Assembly: GCF_036321535.1 (NCBI RefSeq)
Contig: NC_087436.1
Span: 11,842,001-11,906,000, forward strand
Length of the DNA stretch: 64,000 nt
Reading direction: 5' to 3'
Source of the DNA: Camelus dromedarius
Taxonomy: Eukaryota
The notes under the pieces were generated by a model that made no database searches, was not told the origin of the DNA, and was given only the letters and a program-made list of their open reading frames with translations. Positions 1 through 12,519 of this stretch are shown piece by piece. Both the position numbers and the translations under genes were made by a program. Positions within the stretch are counted from its first letter, which is position 1; each line of letters opens with the position of its first letter.

Positions 1-2793
1 GAAGATGGTGGGCTCAGGGTAACTGGGTGTGGATGTCTCTCCACGAGTACCTGTTGGAAGGATGATGCTGTGAGAGAGGAGAGGTGCGCGGTGTCGGGTG
101 AGCAGCCTGCTGGTGAACAAAGGTGTCCCAACACTGACCTACAGATAAATCAGAGCCTGATCAACAGCAAGCAATTTGACACATTTAGAAAACTTACAGG
201 AAAGACAATGCTGATGAAACAGACATAAACAACCCTGCTCGTTTTACTTTATAAACACTTAAGCATTTACCAACTGCAACTGCTGTAAAACTGGAAGAAA
301 TACAGTCCTTTTCCTCGTATTTCTATTCTATGATTTTTCAGAGTTAAACTGTAACTAGTTCTGTGTGTTAAAATTGATCTGGCAGAAATCCTATTTGTGG
401 ACTTGAAAAAAACTGACTAATGAATATTTAATGAAATTCTAAGAAATCACTGATTGATTTTACCATAAAACAAAGCATAACACATGTACAAAATATGTAA
501 ACCAGAAAATGATACGACTTTTTTGAATCAGTGGTTAAGTTAGTCAAGTTTCAGGAGTTTTAGTGTCATAATAATGCATTCTTCTTATTGTCCTGATTAG
601 ATGACTTACAGTTTTTCAGTGAGCGTTCTGGCTAACACTTCTGCTTCTTTTTACCCACATTTACACTAATATTTACTCTAGAAATTCCTGAAACATCAGC
701 CCTGACACCAACAGGCCCACTTCCATCTCTGCCCTTGCAGTGAAACCATCTAAGAGCAGCTGGCCACAGTCATTTGCCCACACCTACGTTTGCTCCAGAA
801 ACTTCCCAGCAGGTTTTCCTCTGTGTTTATTTTAAACCTTACACTTGAAGAGCCAGATGTTGAGATGAACACGTTGAGCCTGACCAGGGCTCCTTGCATC
901 TGCTGCCCGGCTCCTCTGGACACGTGAAGCGGGGCTGTGGGATCCGGGGTCTGGTCAGGGGAGACGAAAGCTGCTGTGGTGCAGCCTTCTTCACTTTAAA
1001 CCTAAAATATCTTTCCCTGTGCACTAAACACATGGAGGTATTTCAAAGCCAAGTCTGTGTGTAATTAAAGAAAGCGCCAGCTGTGAGCGGACACCGCACG
1101 GTCCAGCCGCACGTGCTCTTTGTCAGTCTGTGGGCAGCGCCAGCAAACACGCAGCGTTGACAGGCAGATGTGAGAAAAGGATGAAGTGCTGGATTTTGGG
1201 TTGAGTCCTTTGCCCAGTGGATGGTCCTGCGGGCTCCTGCCTGCACAAATGTGGTCATGTTATCTCTTCTTTTATTCACCTGCACAGATGTGAGAATGTA
1301 GCTCCCCGGAATCAGAACACAAGATAACCCGAACTCTAGCACCGTAACTGGGGCAGCTCTGAGCCGCCCATCTGTAACTGGCCTACTTCGGGGATTGGAT
1401 AGTGTGCCCAGTAGTGACAGATGCTTTGGGATTGTACCTGAACGAAAAATAGAAAAGCAGAAAGCCACTCTTTTCCCCACACTTAGGGATCATTTTTTGG
1501 AGTTTTTGCAACACAACAGCGTGTGCCTGTTGCTCCTGCGTTTCTACTTTTCTGTTTCTGCCTGTGTCTTTCTGCGTCTCCTGCTTCCTCTGTCTTTGCA
1601 CGCTTGCACCCTTTTCCTCTACACCCTGGACCTCTCTGGGTCACGACTGCGTTTAGCGGGGAAAGCGGCTGAGGTCCAGCAGCAGGTGCTCTGCCTCCGC
1701 CTCCCCCCTCCCTTGGGAAGGGCCTTCCTTGGCCTCAGCCTTTCTCTGGCAGCTCACCTGCTAGAGGACCCCCCTGACCTTGTACTCAACTTCTAACTCC
1801 CCCAACCCCAGCCCTGACCCCAGGAGCCCAGATCCTAATTCTGGAGTCTCCTGGCTTATCTGAAATCAGGTCCCTGAATGAAGCAGAAATTTAGTAAAGA
1901 ATGAAGTTGCTTCTTGCATTATTGACAAATAGGGGAAACTGTAACCAAAATAACCTAGCCTCAGGAAGAATGAGTTTGGAAAATCAGGCAGCATGGTGGG
2001 CTGGACAGAGCCCTGGGCTCTGCTCAGGAGGCCTCGCCGAATGACAGGTGGGGTGGCCTTGGCACCTTCTGGAAGCTGTCTCCTTATATTTAACTAAAAG
2101 TTGTTATTAAAATATTTATTAAAGTTCTTTTCTGATAATCCCATAAGCCTAAAAATAGGAAATTCACTATGGAATGTAAGGGAAGACCAAAAGGGAAGAC
2201 ACACTAAAATCTTGAGATTGTGGTGTTGAGTATGTTCTGGATAAAACGTGCCATGGTTCAGAAATAGCTTTGGAAGGGCTGGTAAAATGTGGCCAGAAGG
2301 ACGTTATGGCTTCGAAGTGTCAGTAATGTCGACTCCCTGAGCAAGACAAGCAATCAAGTCCTTACACACATGCTCTCCACCCCTTGGCCCTCGCAGAGGG
2401 GATCTCAGGAATGTAAAGGAGCCAGAGTCTGATGTAGCAACCCTAGGGGAAGGGGGGTCAATGAAAACTGACACTGTAACTGAGGGCAAGGGCCAGGCGG
2501 TGAGGGCAGGGAGATGACAGCTGGGTGCTGCAGCTGGGGTCACAGCCCAAAGGGGCGATGCTGCTGTGGGACGAACTGCTGCTTCTGACACAGGAAGAAT
2601 CTCTTTCTCCACCTCCATCTCCATCTGTATGTTGACTTTGCCCATGAGCTGTTACCACGTCAGTTCAGTATCAGTTGCATCCACTGGGGTTTCAGGGTAC
2701 CAGAACCCTGAGAGGATCCTGTCTTGAACCAGAGATGTGACAGAAGAGGACAAGTAGGCAGATGGTGCCACTTTGACCTTTGTCTACTCTCTG

Positions 2794-3255
2794 TGTTACT
2801 GAAAGCAAGTTTTTTTCCCCGCTGCACCGTGAGGCCAAACTGCAACATCGAAATTTGGAGCAGAGAAAGGTTTACTGCAGGGCAGAGCAAGGAGGAGGGG
2901 GTGGTTCATGCCTAACTCCCTGAAGGGTTTCAGCAAAGCTTATTTAAAGGCAGGTGACAGGATAGGGGAGTCGCAGGGTACATGATAAGCTCCTGCATAA
3001 TTCTCTGATTGGTTCATGTCGAGGGAACAGAGCGGTTAACACTGTCAACCCCAAGACTCCAGAAGGTCTGGGGACCATGTACTCTCTGTCACGAAGTAGT
3101 TCATTTCTTCCCTTTGGTGATGGTTTTTAGCATGTGAAACACTCAGGAAATACACACAAGACACTATTATCTGGGTCCTTCCGAGAGGCGCTACAGCAGA
3201 GGACATAGGGAAGGGTCTGACCCTGCAGAGTCTCACAGGGCCCTGCTCTGTTACA
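2794..3255 (-). mobile_element. Solo ERV LTR (same family as 13096-13599)
   Basis: TG...CA termini (tgttactg...gttaca), 4-bp near-TSD tctg/cctg. The reverse complement aligns by eye along its length with 13096-13599 (shared blocks gagcagg.ccctgtg, ctgctgtagc, ggaagaaat.aactac, aatcagagaatt, ctttgctgaaacc). Confidence 0.8.
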
Positions 3256-4478
3256 CCTGTATTAAATAGTCTTGTTTCTTTTTCATTTTTAAGAACCTTG
3301 TGTTAAGAAGGCCCACTTCTTAGAGAGGGCTGAAATAAGCTATCTTTAATTTTCTCACCATGGCTTAGAGGACATTTTGAAATAGTTTTCCTGGTGCTTA
3401 TCAGAATGAGATTATGAGATTATTTAAATAATAGCTACTGTGCTACACTGATATGTGTGAGACCTTGGTGATGTATATTTCCATGTACGTATGTGTGCCA
3501 AGTAAGAGCAAAGCAGTTACGATGCTATGGGTGGACATCGTGTGTAACTGCTTGGAAAAAAAAATATTTCTGAATTTTAAAAGGGCTATTAATCTCTCCC
3601 TGCAGTAGATTGTTTTGCTAAAAGACAAAAGCAAGTATGTGACAGCAGCCAAGTGAGAAAACAGACCGTCTGGCTCTGGCTGCTTTGCGGCTATGTGCAG
3701 CCATGAGTCCTCTTCAGGTAGAAACACACTTAGTCGAGTTCAGATCATGCAAACTTTTAGTTTTAAAATATTGCCATTGATGTGAACTTGGGCTAATTTT
3801 TGAATGTCAAACTTTGTTATGGTTTTGCAAGGTTTTTTTACCCCCTTTCCTTTAAAGTCCATTGATTAGAAGACAAGAACGAGGCCAGGGGATGCGGGTC
3901 AGCCAGTGACTAATCTTGCACGATGTGAATAGCAGTCCCACTGCTATTCCGTGGCATTTGGTGCCTCATGTTTGCTGGAAGCCCAATGTCAGCAGAGGTT
4001 CCTTTCACTCATTTTTTTTTTCTTTTTCTTCAATATCTGTGCATATTTTTGATGGTCAGTGGAAAGCGCTTGGCACAGGGCCTGGGTCCTCGCAAGTGCT
4101 CAGCAAATCCTGCCTGTTAAGTCTGCCTCTGGTTTATTCTGAATCCTTTTAACAGTGGATTTCAGGACGTGTGGGAGAGAGTGTCACAGTCGGCCAGGAA
4201 ATCAAGGCCCGCTGTTACCTGAGGTCTAGAAAAAATTAAGACAGGATAGAGTGGGCTCGGTTTGCATGAGGGGAAAACGATGAACATCCCCATCCTCTTG
4301 CCCCGTCCTGTTGGGTTTTTTTGGCATCCTGACCCAGCAGGCACGTGTGCCCTCTGAGCTCGAGGACAAACAGGGCCTGTGGGGCAGGGTGGGTGGAAGG
4401 AGCCAGCTGCATTTGAAACAAGGGGCAGCAGAGTGGTGGATTTGGTACCGGGACGAGGACTGGGATGTTTCCTAAGTG

Positions 4479-5385
4479 TTTTTTTTTTTTTTAAATTGAA
4501 GTACAGTCAATTACAATGTGTCAATTTCTAGTGTACAGCACCGTGTTTCAATCATACACACACACACACACATATGTTTGTTTTCATATTCTTCTTCACT
4601 ATAGGTTACTACAAGATATTGAATATAGTTCCCTGTGCTTTACAGAAGAAATTTGTTTTTTATCTGTTGTATGTATAGTAGTTAGTATTTGCATATCTTG
4701 AACTCCCAGTTTACCCCTTCCCAGCCTTTTTCCTCTGATAACCACAAGTTTGTTTACTATGACTGCGAGTTTCTGTTCCTGGTTTGTAGGTAAGTTCATT
4801 AGTGTCTTCTTTTTTCTTTTCTTTTCTTTATTTTTAGATTCCACATATGAGTGATATCATATGGTATTTTTCTTTCTCTTTCTGGCTTATTTCACTTACA
4901 ATGACAATCTCCAGGTCAATACACGTTGCTACAAATGGCATTATTTTATTCTTTTTTATGATTGAGTAGCGTCTTTATCTGGTCATCTGTCGATGGACAT
5001 TTAGATTGTTTCCATATCTTGGCTATTATATATAGTGCTACTGTGAACATTGAGGTGCATGTATCTTTTGAATATGAGTTCCTTCTGGATATATGCCCAG
5101 GAGTGGGATTGCTGGATCATATGGTAAGTGTATTTTTAGTGTTTTTAGGAATCTCCATACTGTTTTTTATAACGTCTGCACCAAACTGCATTCCCACCAT
5201 TCGTGGACTTTTTAATGACGGCCATTCTGGCTGGTGTGAGGTGATACCTCATTGTAGTTTTGATTTGTGTTTCTCTGATAATTAGTGATATTGAGCATTT
5301 TTTTATGTGTCTATTGGCCATTTGTATGTCTTCATTGGAGAACTGCTTGTTTAGGTCTTCTGTCCATTTTTGGATTGGGTTTTTA
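4479..5385 (-). mobile_element. LINE-1 3' fragment (ORF2 C-terminus and 3'UTR, small internal deletions)
   Basis: Poly-T at left, L1 3'UTR, and a minus-strand remnant of L1 ORF2 ([29 protein letters not shown]...[11 protein letters not shown]). Confidence 0.93.
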
Positions 5386-5599
5386 AAGCTGTTGGAGAGA
5401 GACTTTGGTGAGAAAAGTGGCTGCTCTTCATCAGATTTCTGCTGCAGATGCATTAGGTAGATTCTCCCCCAGGGCCACTGCAGCCCAGTGGGGACATTCA
5501 CTGTGGTCACCTCCTCGGGTGCCCTAACGTGACCTGCAGGTGTCTTCACCACCCTGGTGAGGGCCCAGAGCAGGAATGCTGCTTGGGAGCACAGTGAGT

Positions 5600-5790
5600 C
5601 TAGGAATGGACATGGGCTTTGGACAGCTCTGGGTTCCAGTCCAGGCTCAGCCACTTAGAAACTGTGTAATATTTGACAAGTTGTTTAATCTCTCAGGGAC
5701 TTAGTTTCATAATCCAAAGCACAAATAAAAACACCTCCTTTGCCTGGTTTTCATGAGGGTAACTTGAGATAAAGTGTACAAAACCTCTGC
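5600..5790 (+). mobile_element. MIR SINE remnant
   Basis: MIR core-like sequence gggttccagtccaggctcagccacttag...gacaagttgtttaatctctc. Confidence 0.7.
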
Positions 5791-6352
5791 TTAGAGAGAC
5801 TGATTGACATCATTTTCCTGCACAATTTCATGATTTAGGGAAAGCAATCTTCCACCTTTTCAAAAGACCTGTGATAAGTTAAAATAAACTTAAATATGGT
5901 TACCAAACTATGTAATCGGCTTAATTTACATAAAACAATAAAACTATTTCTTACCTGAAGAGTGTAAAATCCAAGATCCTGGTCTAATTAAGAAAAAAAA
6001 AAACCCAAATACAGGTTGGGGATGTTTTTGTTTAATTTATGAAATAAAGAAATGGCAAAGGAACCCTGAGGCTGTCTTGGTGATGACATTTGTTAGCTCA
6101 AGGCAAAATAAGGCTTCCATTAGCAATTCAGTTGTAGGTTGATATATTTTTGTGAAGGAGGATATTGGGTAAGTTTTAGAATTTTTGTCTAAGATCAGCA
6201 ACTCATTTTTACAGAGATCTCATGGAGTCAGGTGATGTCAGAGAGAACTCCGAACTGGGGTGAGAGGGTTATTCTAGAGCAAAGCAGTGGTGGGAGGCAT
6301 GGTCCCCGAGACCCAGGTGGTAGCACTTGTAATAATTCTCATGTTGGTAATA

Positions 6353-6418
6353 GTGATGATGATGATGATAATAATAATAATAATAATAACAATAATAATA
6401 ATAATAGTAGTAGTTGTT
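6353..6418. repeat. Compound trinucleotide microsatellite (GAT)n(AAT)n(AGT)n, next to a minus-strand MIR remnant (~6440-6560)
   Basis: Directly visible repeat. The adjacent ccccatttcacagaggaggaaacc is a MIR core on the minus strand. Confidence 0.9.
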
Positions 6419-6818
6419 GGCATTATTGGAGAAGTTACTGTGTGGCAGGGAACTAGTCACGCACATTTCCTGCCTTTTCTCCTTTACTCTCTGCAACCAA
6501 CCCAGGTACTATTTCTGACCCCCATTTCACAGAGGAGGAAACCAAAGCACAGTTAGAAACGCAGTTAAAGGACGTGAGAGATGTGGACTGTGGAGCTGCG
6601 TTTGCAGGTCCTGGTGAGAAGTGACATCTAGTGTCTGGCTTCTGCTAATAATCTTCATTAGGATGTGCTCGTGTCAATAAATCCTTCATTAGGATTTACT
6701 CAGACCAAGTGTGTTAATAAAACCTGATCTCACTAAAAAAAAAACTAAAAATAAATAAATTGTTAATGCACTTACAAATTATTTTCCCACCTCATATTCC
6801 AGGAATATTCCTTTTGCT

Positions 6819-7040
6819 CAGGGTGTCTCAACCTCAATACTGTAGACACTTTGCAGTGGATAATTCCCTGTAGTGCAGGCTGGCCTGGCAGCCGTGCGGT
6901 GCTTACCTACCCCACGCACTGGATATGAGCAACACCCCCGATCGTGACCACCAAAATGTCCCAGACATTGCTAAATAGCTCCATGTGTGTGCAGGGGGTG
7001 GTGGAGGTGGGGGATAGTAGCCCCTGGCCAAGGACCACTG
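6819..7040. mobile_element. MER20-like non-autonomous hAT DNA transposon
   Basis: Degenerate TIRs cagggtgtctcaacc...ggccaaggaccactg, internal gtgaccaccaaaatgtcccagacattgc typical of MER20, ~220 bp. Confidence 0.8.
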
Positions 7041-7334
7041 CTTTAGAGTCTTTAGAAACTCTTCTAAGATAATCCTGCAAATGTCATATATATAGGCTGG
7101 TTCTAGGAGCATCTCGCCTTGCCCAGGAACAGGTCATCCAGAACGGGCAGCACCACAAAACTCACGAACACTAGTGAGTACAAGGTCCTTCCCTTTAAAA
7201 ACACAACTTGTCCCTCGTTTGCAGAAGCCCTGCAGCTGGAAGCGTCTTTCACGTGTCACCTTTTGTCTGAAGCACAGTAACACCTGCATGTCCGTCGATG
7301 CTGACACAGGATCCATCACCTACTATATACATGG

Positions 7335-8779
7335 TCTATTAGTTTTCCAGGGCTGCTGTGATAAAGTACCACAAATTTGGATGGCTTAAAAAATACAAAC
7401 TTATTGTGTCACAGTTCTGGGGATTAGAAGTCCAAAATCAAGGGAGAAGCAGGGCCTTGGTCTCTTCAAAACCTCTCCACCTTCTGGTGGTGGCTGGAAG
7501 TCCTTTGCACGTCTTGGTTTGTGGGTGCATCACTCTGGTCTCTGCTTCTGTAGTCACACAGCATAATCCCTGGTCTGGGTCCAACTTTTCCTCTTCTTAC
7601 AAGAACACCTGTCATTGCAACCTACAGAACGGGAGAAAATATTTGCAAATGACACGACCAGTAAGGGACTAATTTCCAAAATATATAAACAGCTTAATAT
7701 AAAAAAAACCCCCAAGCACTCCAATCATAAAATAGGCAGAAGGCCTAAATAGACAGTTCTCCAAAGAAGACATCCAGATGGCCGAGAGGCACATGAAAAG
7801 ATGCTCAGTAGTACTAATTACCAGAGAAATGCAAATCAAAACTACCATGAGGTATCACTTCGCACCAGTCAGAAATGGCCATAGTTGAAAAGTCTATAAA
7901 TAATAAATGCTGGAGAGGGTATGGAGAGAAGGGAGTCCTCCTACACTGCTGGTGGGAATATAAATTAGTGCAGCCACTATGGAGGACAGTATGGACATTC
8001 TTTAAAAAACTAAACAGAATTACCATATGATCCAGCAATCCCACTCCTGGGCATACATCCAGAGAAAACTCCAATTCAAAAAGACACATGCACCCCAATG
8101 TTCACAGCAGCACTGTTTACAATAGCCAAGACATGGAAACAACCCAAATGTCCATCAATGGATGACTGGATAAAGAAACTGTGATATATGTATACAATGG
8201 AATACTACTCAGCCATGAAAAGAATGAAATAATGCCATTTGCAGCAGCATGGATGGACCTAGAGATTATCATATTAAGTGAAGTAAGTAAGAGAAAGACT
8301 AATATCATATGATGTCACTTATATGTATAATCTAAAAAAAGATACAAATTTTATTTAGAAACCAGAAATAGACTCATGGACACAGAAAACAAACTATGGT
8401 TACCAAAGTGGAAAGGGGTAGGGAGGGATAAATCATAAGTTTGGGATTAACAGATACACACTACTGTATATAAAATAGATAAACAACAAGGACCTCCTGT
8501 ATAGCACAGAGAACTATATTCAATTTCTTGTAATGAGCTATAATAGAAAATAATCTGAATATATAAAACTAACACTGTAAATCAACTACACTTCAATAAA
8601 AAATAAACTTAAAAAAGAAAGACCACCATCCCTGGATTAGGGCCCACCCTACCCAGTATGACTTCATCATAACTTGATAAGAGCCACAAAGATCCTATTT
8701 CTGAATAAGGTCACATTCACAGGTACCAGGGCTTAAACTTGAATGGGTCTTGTCTGGGGACACAGTTCCACCCACAGCA
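7335..8779 (-). mobile_element. MLT1 (MaLR) solo LTR interrupted by an L1
   Basis: MLT1-type sequence (ggctgctgtgataaagtaccacaaa...aataaggtcacattcacaggtacc), perfect 5-bp TSD CATGG at 7330-7334 and 8780-8784. Confidence 0.88.
7618..8618 (+). mobile_element. 5'-truncated LINE-1 nested in MLT1
   Basis: L1 ORF2 3' end and 3'UTR, AATAAA and A-tail, diverged TSD aagaacacctgtcattg (7601-7617) / aagaccaccatccctg (8619-8634). Confidence 0.93.
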
Positions 8780-10434
8780 CATGGTGCAGTCCCACGCGAT
8801 ATAGAACTTAGCAAGAATCCTTGTGCTGACTAGTTTTGTTTATCCTTCCAGACCCACTCTCCATCTTTCAAGCTCTGCTCTGGGCTGCGCCCACCAGCTC
8901 TTGGTCTTTAGGCTTGTATGAGGTGATGCCCCTGGTAGGTCGGCAGGAGATGGGTCAGCAGGAGGAATGTGTTTATTCCCTGGGCCGCCTCCCTGCCCCT
9001 GACACTGTGGGCTGGCTGTGTTCCTCTGTCAGGTGGCCCTTGCTACCCGTCCGCCGTGTCCAGGGCCCCTCCCCTCGTCCTGGTCCCAGGATGGAGTGAG
9101 GGCTCTGCTGTCACTGGCCCGAGTGTGGCCCGGCCTTGTCAGTTTCCCTGGGCCAGTGGGAGTTGGCTCTCTGGTCTCTGCCAGACCCTGACACTGCAAC
9201 ACTCAGCACTGCGATAGTTTGTTTAGAAATAATGTTACAGACCCAAAATGAGTTCCAAATTCCTGTTTCTTCTCCCTCTTCCATGAGCAGATGAAGATTC
9301 TGACAGGCTGGCTCTGGGCCAGGGCGGATGAAGACATGCAGTCTCCTCCTGTTTGGTCTTCCTGACGGAGTGTGGTGGAATGGACCTGGCGGGCAACAGT
9401 CTTCCCTTTCAGGAACATTGTAGGTTGCTTTTTAGCCTAACAAATCTCGTTTGCCTTCAGCTGCAGCAGAGCATAGGTGAGGAAAATTGGTCTCTTTGGC
9501 ATCAAATCATTCAGAGCTTATAAATCGCTCATCAAAATGGGAAGAAATTGCATTTCTGGCTTGGTCTACAGCAGCCACAGCCAAATTAGGTGTCATTAAG
9601 CAGCTCTTCATGAAGGGTCATGCATGTTGGAGCTTCAGGGTCAGGCATGTCAGTGGCTCCTTCCCTCCTTTCCGCCTCCCTCCCCTCTCCCTCTGTGAAT
9701 GGACAGACCTCCTGGGTACCACGTCTGGGCTAGTCTAAGCCCACTCACTGGAGCCTTGCAGGAGAAGTACCAGTGAGCGTGAAAGGATGCCGATCCTGCT
9801 CCTGGAAAAGGCAGCACATGATAAATAGTCATCTTCTTTGTTCCTTCTCTCTTCATTTCTCCTAATTTCAAAGGAAGTGAGGAGGGGTGGGGGAAGGGAA
9901 CTTTGGAAGGAGGAGAGAAGACATTATAGGTCTTGCGGTAGAGCGATGGGCTTGTGCAGTTTTTGCAGCTTCGTTGACTTGTGCAGTGTTTGGTTTGATA
10001 GCAGTGCCTTTGAGTGCACTCTCCCTCGCCCCTTATGTCCATTTGGCTCTCTGGAGGTGTGCAGTGCTGGACTGGGCTGGGGGGAATAGAAGCAGGAGCT
10101 GCCTATTAAGACTCAAGGAGAATCCTTCCTTCTGAGCTACCCAGCCAGCTCACCGGTTCAGGAAGGGAGACAGCTCAGGGCACTGCCCGCTGGCTGGAGT
10201 GGCCATTTCTCCCAGAACTCCAGGGAGTGAGGAAGGGTGACCAAGCCCAGCATCAGGTTTCATAAACAAAGGCATCTCAGAGTTCCTGAAAGGACAAAAA
10301 GTTACATGGGATGTAGTATCACCCTCATCTGTCAAAGTATTGTATATTCTAAAAAATTTCTTTGAAGCCCTTGCCGTCCAATTAAATATTTATGATTTAA
10401 TAAGCACTAAGGAGACGGTTTAGGAGAAAAATAT

Positions 10435-10487
10435 CTTAAATGCTACTTAATCAAGACATCAAGACCTTAAATGCTACTTAATCAAGA
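10435..10487. repeat. 22-bp direct repeat (cttaaatgctacttaatcaaga) with 31-bp period
   Basis: Copies at 10435-10456 and 10466-10487. Confidence 0.9.
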
Positions 10488-10709
10488 AATGGAGACCACT
10501 TAAAAGTACTGTGGGGAGGTGGAGGAGAAACCTCAGGCTGTTCCATTTGGACGTGACCTAAAGGATACTTCCTGTTGGCACATCAGCCACTTTCTGCAAC
10601 ACTTTACAGGAGTCCGGTCTCCTGGGGGCTAGAAGTTCCAACACCCGAGGGCTTGACTTCACCATTTCCTTTGGTAAAGTTTGCTTAACAGGCATTTTCA
10701 TCTATATAG

Positions 10710-10830
10710 ATATTTTATTTTACAACAATCCTGTGAGGTAGTCCAGGCAGGTATGATATCTCCATTCTTAGATGAGGAAGTTAGGGCTTTAAGAAGTGAA
10801 GTGGCTGGCCCTGGATCAGCTAATGAGGGC
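10710..10830 (-). mobile_element. MIR remnant
   Basis: acaacaatcctgtgaggta...tccattcttagatgaggaagttaggg resembles the MIR core. Confidence 0.65.
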
Positions 10831-11166
10831 TGGAATAAGCTCTTCTACCAATGCTCGATCCACTGGGTGTACTGTTTCCCCTGACGATGGAGAGCATCTG
10901 CTCTTGAGGACATTGTGCAATGAGAATTATCAAAAAACTCTCTGGAATGTGGGGTTTGGAGGCAGGAGCTATTTACAGTATTTGAACCAGACACAGAAAC
11001 TGCTCCAACTGAGCAGATATCTCAAAGAATTCTCGGAAGTGGGAGTTTTTTTTTTTAATCTAGAAAATTGTTGCATCTTTTATGAGTTAAGGCCTAAAAA
11101 TCATAAGGCTGACATGATCTTTCTTATTTTACAGATGAGAAAATGAGTCTCAGAGATGTTTAGTAA

Positions 11167-11495
11167 TGTGTAGTAAAGAATTTAGACTTAATATCTAAGT
11201 ATATGTATGACTGAGACATGATTACACCAGAAATTGACACACCATTAGTAAACTGACTATACTTCAATTTTAAAAAAAAAGAGAGTACTGGCCTTTGCCC
11301 TGGACTTCTGGGAGGTAATCTATGCCATACCTGATAGAATGTCTTCAGATAGCATGTGGGCTGACCATACCTGACATCCTCAGGTGGCAACTGGCTACAC
11401 CAAAGAGACCAACCATGAGATATAGGGTGGAGGTGATGGGTACAAAGTATTAATCACTCTGGATGCTGGGTTCAACCATGAGGGAAATCAATCAG
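11167..11495 (+). mobile_element. MER21/MER77-like LTR fragment with a short L1 3' tail inserted (~11197-11280)
   Basis: tgtgtagtaaaga...ctggcctttgccctggacttctgggaggtaatc...gagaccaaccatg. The insert tatatgtatgactgagac...ctatacttcaattttaaaaaaaaa matches the L1 3' end at 56500-56590. Confidence 0.6.
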
Positions 11496-11496
11496 T

Positions 11497-12515
11497 GAAA
11501 GGCAGTCAAAGGCAGACTAGATAAGGCCAAGGAAAGAATAAATGATTTAGAAGACAGGATAACAGAAATCACCTAATCAGAACAGCAGACAGAAAAGCAA
11601 ACGAAAACCAATGAAAGCAATGTAAGGGTCCTATGGGATAATATAAAATGTGCCAACCTATACATGATAGGGGTCCCAGAAGGAGAAGAAAAGAAAAGGG
11701 AATTGAAAAGATATTTGAAGAAATCATGACTAAAAACTTCCCAAAGCTAAAGAAGAAATCAGATATCCAAGTACAGGAAGCACAGAGGGTCCCAAACAAG
11801 AAGAACCCAAATGGACCTACCCCAAGACATGTTATAATTAATATTGCCAAGGTTAAAGATAAAGAAATTATTCTAAAGTCAGCAAGAGAAAAACAAAGAG
11901 TTAATTTCAAGGGGACCCCCATAGACTTTCAGCTGATTTCTCAGCACAAACACTGCTGGCCAGAAGGGAGTGGCAAGATATATTCCAAGTCCTGAATGAG
12001 AGAAAGTTGCAACCTAGGATACTCCATCTGGCAAGATTATCCTTGAGAATAGGAGAGAGAAAGAATTTCACAGACAAGCAAAAACTAAAGAATCCAGCAA
12101 TATTAAACCTATGCTAAAAGAAATACTGAAAGGTCTACTCTAAATAGAAAAGAAGCCAGGACTCTATAAAAAGGAGAAAACCATAATTGGAAAGGCAATA
12201 ACCACAATGAGTTGCAAGAGAATAAACATGAAGATGTAAAGAGGAGTTCAAAATCATTAAAGGTGGGAGAGGGGAGCAAGAAAATATAATAGATTTTCTT
12301 TTCTTTTTCTTTTTGTTCTTTTTAGGATGTATTTGAGCTTATATGACTATCAGTTTAAAGCAAACGGATATAGTGGTGGGTAATATACTTGAAAAACAGA
12401 GTAACCACAAATCAAAGCATACAACAGAGTCGCAAAACCCAAAAAGAAACCAAGATAGTACAAAAGAAAATTATCAAACCACAAGAAGAAAAAGAAAAGA
12501 ATAAAGAGGAAATAC
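11497..12515 (+). mobile_element. LINE-1 ORF1 and inter-ORF fragment (pseudogenised ORF1p)
   Basis: ORF 11648-11995 reads EKIFEEIMTKNFPKL...IQVQEAQRVPNKKNP...PTPRHVII...KDKEIILKSAREKQRVNFKGTPI, which is L1 ORF1p. Frameshifted. Confidence 0.92.
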
Positions 12516-12519
12516 CAAC

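Noticed and set aside
2304..2645. 113-aa ATG-initiated minus ORF (MGKVNIQMEME...)
   Set aside because: No recognisable domain or family. Composition reflects GC-rich non-coding sequence.
6232..6556. Poly-N/poly-Y/poly-I ORFs
   Set aside because: Translations of the microsatellite.
6650..6700. Short repeat cttcattaggat x2
   Set aside because: Only 12 bp, a trivial local duplication.
11648..11995. L1 ORF1p as a functional or domesticated gene (L1TD1-like)
   Set aside because: Frameshifted, truncated fragment embedded among other repeats.
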